From positions 937,520-1,001,519 of the forward strand of contig MU004193.1 of the NCBI GenBank assembly GCA_010093605.1: a stretch of DNA of 64,000 nucleotides. Direction: 5' to 3'. This DNA is from Lophium mytilinum. Taxonomy: Eukaryota. Below, piece by piece: positions 60,594 through 64,000 of the stretch. Position numbers and translations under genes: made by a program. Positions within the stretch are counted from its first letter, which is position 1. Every line of letters starts with the position of its first letter. The notes under the pieces were generated by a model that was given only the letters and a program-made list of their open reading frames with translations, did no database searches and was not told the origin of the DNA.

Positions 60594-62638
60594 ATGGCCG
60601 CGGAACAGGATCTAGCAGAGCAGCTAGCACAACTCCGTGTTAGCCAGGCAGAGATTCCAGCATGTTATCCGCAATCCAACCCGGTCGACATATTTCGGGT
60701 TCATATAGCAAACACGCTTGCAGACGTCTCAGGCTTTGACGCAAAGAAAATCTTCCCTTTGTTGCAACGGACTTAAACTTTAGAGCATGGAGATCTGCTG
60801 CTCCCGGTCCCTGCCCTCAAGGCCAAGGGCGAAAAGCCCGACGAGCTCGCTACCCGCTGGGCTGAAGAGGTATGTCCGACTCCCCGCACTTCAGCGGCTC
60901 GATTTTCGCTAAGTGTTTGGTGCTGCACAGTTCCCGGACTCCCCACTCGTCAACAAGCCAATAGTCGATGCGTCGTTCCTCCGATTCTTCTTTAAGCTTG
61001 CACCTACGAAATCGAAAAACACGGGGTATCAATCCACCCTGGTCTACAAATTACCCGGAGATTCACAGTCTGGCCGTAAACGCATCTTGATTGAGTTCTC
61101 CTCGCCAAACATTGCCAAGCCTTTCCACGAAGGTCACCTCCGGAGCACAATCATTGGAGGTTTCTTGGGCAACTTATACGAAGGCGCCGGTTACGATGTG
61201 GTGCGGCTCAACTACCTCGGAGACTCAGGGAAACAATATGGCCTGCTAGCACTACGCTTCAAGAAGTTCGGCGACGAGGAAGCGCTCCAGGCGGATCCAA
61301 TACAACATCTGTACCAGATATACGTCAAAATCAATCAACTAGTCTCCGAGGAACGTAAAGAAATCCAGGCCTTGGAAATAGCTGGAGAGGAGGCTGCCAT
61401 GATCAAGGACAATGGACTAGATGAGCAGGCTCGCCAATACTTCAAGGCTATGTGCAACAACGACCGTGAGGCCATTGAATTGTGGAGAAGGTTTCGTGAA
61501 CTCGGTATCGAGCGATATAAGAAGTCCTACGCTAGGCTCAACATCCATTTCGACACGTATGCGGGAGAAAGCCTGGTGAAGGAAGAGAGTATGAAGATCG
61601 CAGAAACGAAGATGGCTGATGCTAGGATCACCGAGATCTCGCAAGGGGCTACCATCGTCGACTTCTCCAAGCATGTCCCTGGCAAAGTTGGCAAGGCGCT
61701 TGGTAAGGGGTTGGTGCGGAAGAAGGATGGAACGAGTCTCTATCTCGCGCGTGATATCGGCGCGATGTTTGAACGAGACGAACACTATAAGTTCGACCAG
61801 ATGATGTACGTGGTTGCTACTGACCAGGACCTTCATCTAAAACAGTTATTCAAGATCGTCGAGTTGATCGGGCATGACGACCTTCGATCTCGAGTCACCC
61901 ACGTGAATTTCGGCCTAGTTCTGGGAATGAGCACGCGGAGGGGCACTGCTGTATTCTTGGATGATGTGCTACGGGATGTTGGCGACAAGATTGCATGAAG
62001 TGATGAAGAAGAACGAAGCAAAGTATGCTCAGGTTGTTGATCCTGAGAAGATCGCCGACATTTTAGGTATCAGCAGTGTTATGGTCCAGGACATGAGCGG
62101 CAAACGGTACTATCACCTAGCTTATCGTCTTGTTTCATATACTTTCCTAAAGCTGACTAAACTTAGATTCAATAACTACCACTTCAACATGGAGACAATG
62201 ACCTCCTTCGAGGGAGACACTGGACCGTACCTCCAGTACTCGCACGCTCGGCTATGCTCGATGTTTTCCAAGGCAGGCGTTCCAGCTTCTGACTTTGAGT
62301 CGGCAGATCTCAGTCTTATGATTGGACCTCACGCAATCAACCTGGTTCGGCTTCTTGCTCGATTCCCGGACACGATTCAAAATAATCTGAAGACACACGA
62401 ACCTACTACGGTCTTAACCTATCTCTTTCGCCTGACACATGCTCTGAATAGCAGCTAAGATGTGCTCAAGGTGATTGGAAGTGGCCAGAGCTGATGAAGA
62501 CTCGGTTGGCATTGTATGATGCAACAGGATCAGTGATCAACAGCGGAATGCGTCGTCTCGGCCTCAACCCGGTCGAACGGTCAGTCTCGGACTCATCCAA
62601 CGGTTTTCGTCTGCTAATGCATTTGTTAGTATGTGAGT
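60594..62638 (+). pseudogene. Arginyl-tRNA synthetase (cytosolic type) duplicate, pseudogenised
   Basis: IEFSSPNIAKPFHEGHLRSTIIG, NYLGD, GMSTRRG, FEGDTGPYLQYSHARL and LGLNPVERM. Lesions: TAA 60774, frameshift about 61991, TAA 62456, frameshift about 62484. Three introns are retained. Confidence 0.92.
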
Positions 62639-63402
62639 GCTACACCGTAAAGCTTAAGCAATGGATGGCGGAGCGCTTGCCTCCAGATTTTATCAATGAA
62701 TCGGGCTGTGAAGCTTGAACACCTCCTTGCTTCTATGATAGATAGGCCGCCTCCTGACGGTGCATTTCTATCATTTCTACCGTTGACACCACGGAAAACT
62801 CTGCTAAAAGCCGGTTGACCGCACAGTTGAAACCGAGGCCAAAGAGCTAGGGAAGTCACGTCAAACGCAGTTCGATGCCTTGCAAAAATAAGATGATGTA
62901 GTCAACAATTTCCAAAAGCGATTGACGACTGCGCTGCCATTGGAGCCCTGCTTCTCTGCCTTCGAGCCGGTGACCTACTCATATGGTTCCCAAGTGGCTC
63001 ATTACGATTCGTCATGCGGCTTGCTGAGAATGACGATAGAAGGGACAAGATTACGAGCTACTTTGAGACCGTTTTATTCATTACTTTGATGCGTCCAGCT
63101 TCACGGCCAGCGACTCGATGCCGAAGACGTGGTTCAAGATGACCTCAAATCACGTCGGATTAACGAGAAGAAATAGATAGGTGACCAAATATGTATTGAC
63201 GTGAGTAGGGTGACATGAAGAGGTGAACGTTGCGGGCAGCATCCCTGTCTGACGCTAGAGCTAAAGCGGAATCATGTTGACATTTTTCTCGCACAGCAAC
63301 CGAGCCGAACTTTTCAACCTCACCAAACATCCTCAACCACCACCGCCCACTCACGCATCTCGGTCCTACACTCCTGGGAGTCGAGTTCCTAAGGCAGCAA
63401 TA

Positions 63403-64000
63403 ATGCCTCGCAAGCAGGTCTACGGCAAACGTGCCCCGGCCATGTCGCTCTTTTCGAATATTCTTGATTCCTCGAGCCCGGAGCAATTAGATGTGAACGC
63501 ACCACGACGTCGGAGGATGCCAGGGGAGAAAAGGGCTGCGAAGAAGACAGAAACCGAGCTGAAAGATATAAAGAATGAAAGGATACAGGAGGCGGAAGTT
63601 GCGAAGCAAGAGGCGGTCAAGACACAAGGGCATGAGGATACTGCACTGGGCGATATTGAGAACCAGATGGAGAGCTTGAAACTTGAGGCTGCAGATACAG
63701 AAGCGCGATCGAAAGAGAGTTCGAAAGAGAAGAAGGCTAGGAAAGCGCTGAGAACAAAGGATGCGAATTCGAACCCGGTCGCTACGGAGGGGATCAAGCA
63801 GAAACGACGCATAAAACCTACATCTGTGATCATACCGGTGGATACAGAATCCCATAATGAGGTGCCTGTGGAGATAGCTCTAAAAGAGATGCCACTAGCA
63901 GAGCAACCTCTAGATGCCCTAGCCAAGTTGGCGATACGCCCGAAGTCGTCACATGAAAACCACCAGGTCCAAGCCCAAGCTGCAATCCTTCCTAAACAAC
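63403..64000 (+). CDS. 5' part of a gene running off the window; N-terminus resembles fungal haspin-like kinases
   Basis: Open from ATG 63403 to the window end. MPRKQVYGKR start and a D-box-like RKALRTKDAN; no kinase domain within the window. Confidence 0.5.
   Translation, partial: MPRKQVYGKRAPAMSLFSNILDSSSPEQLDVNAPRRRRMPGEKRAAKKTETELKDIKNERIQEAEVAKQEAVKTQGHEDTALGDIENQMESLKLEAADTEARSKESSKEKKARKALRTKDANSNPVATEGIKQKRRIKPTSVIIPVDTESHNEVPVEIALKEMPLAEQPLDALAKLAIRPKSSHENHQVQAQAAILPKQ

Overview
Intron-containing fungal DNA (filamentous ascomycete; GT-AG introns of about 50-350 nt with CTRAC-like branch sites). It holds roughly 25 protein-coding loci: a HAD hydrolase, a GPI-anchored PLC-like phosphodiesterase, a lipocalin-like protein, a Cys-rich secreted effector candidate, MARVEL-like and RTA1 membrane proteins, IPK1, two allantoate-family MFS transporters, two GH18 chitinases with hevein (CBM18) modules, an F-box protein, an SDR, a TmpA-like membrane flavoprotein, a GFA protein, an RtcA-type RNA cyclase, a tandem array of four F-box-like genes, an annexin, and the 5' end of a possible haspin-like kinase. 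The window shows much gene decay: pseudogenes of an arginyl-tRNA synthetase duplicate, a BVMO, a 3-hydroxyacyl-CoA dehydrogenase and an unnamed domain, plus a killer-toxin-type chitinase whose tail has stops and a 244-bp insertion while its catalytic part is intact. At least four small TIR elements (MITEs) are visible, and two of them with different TIRs share one internal ~150-bp module. No rRNA, tRNA, CRISPR array or intact transposase was seen. All family assignments come from motif recognition by eye, not from database searches.
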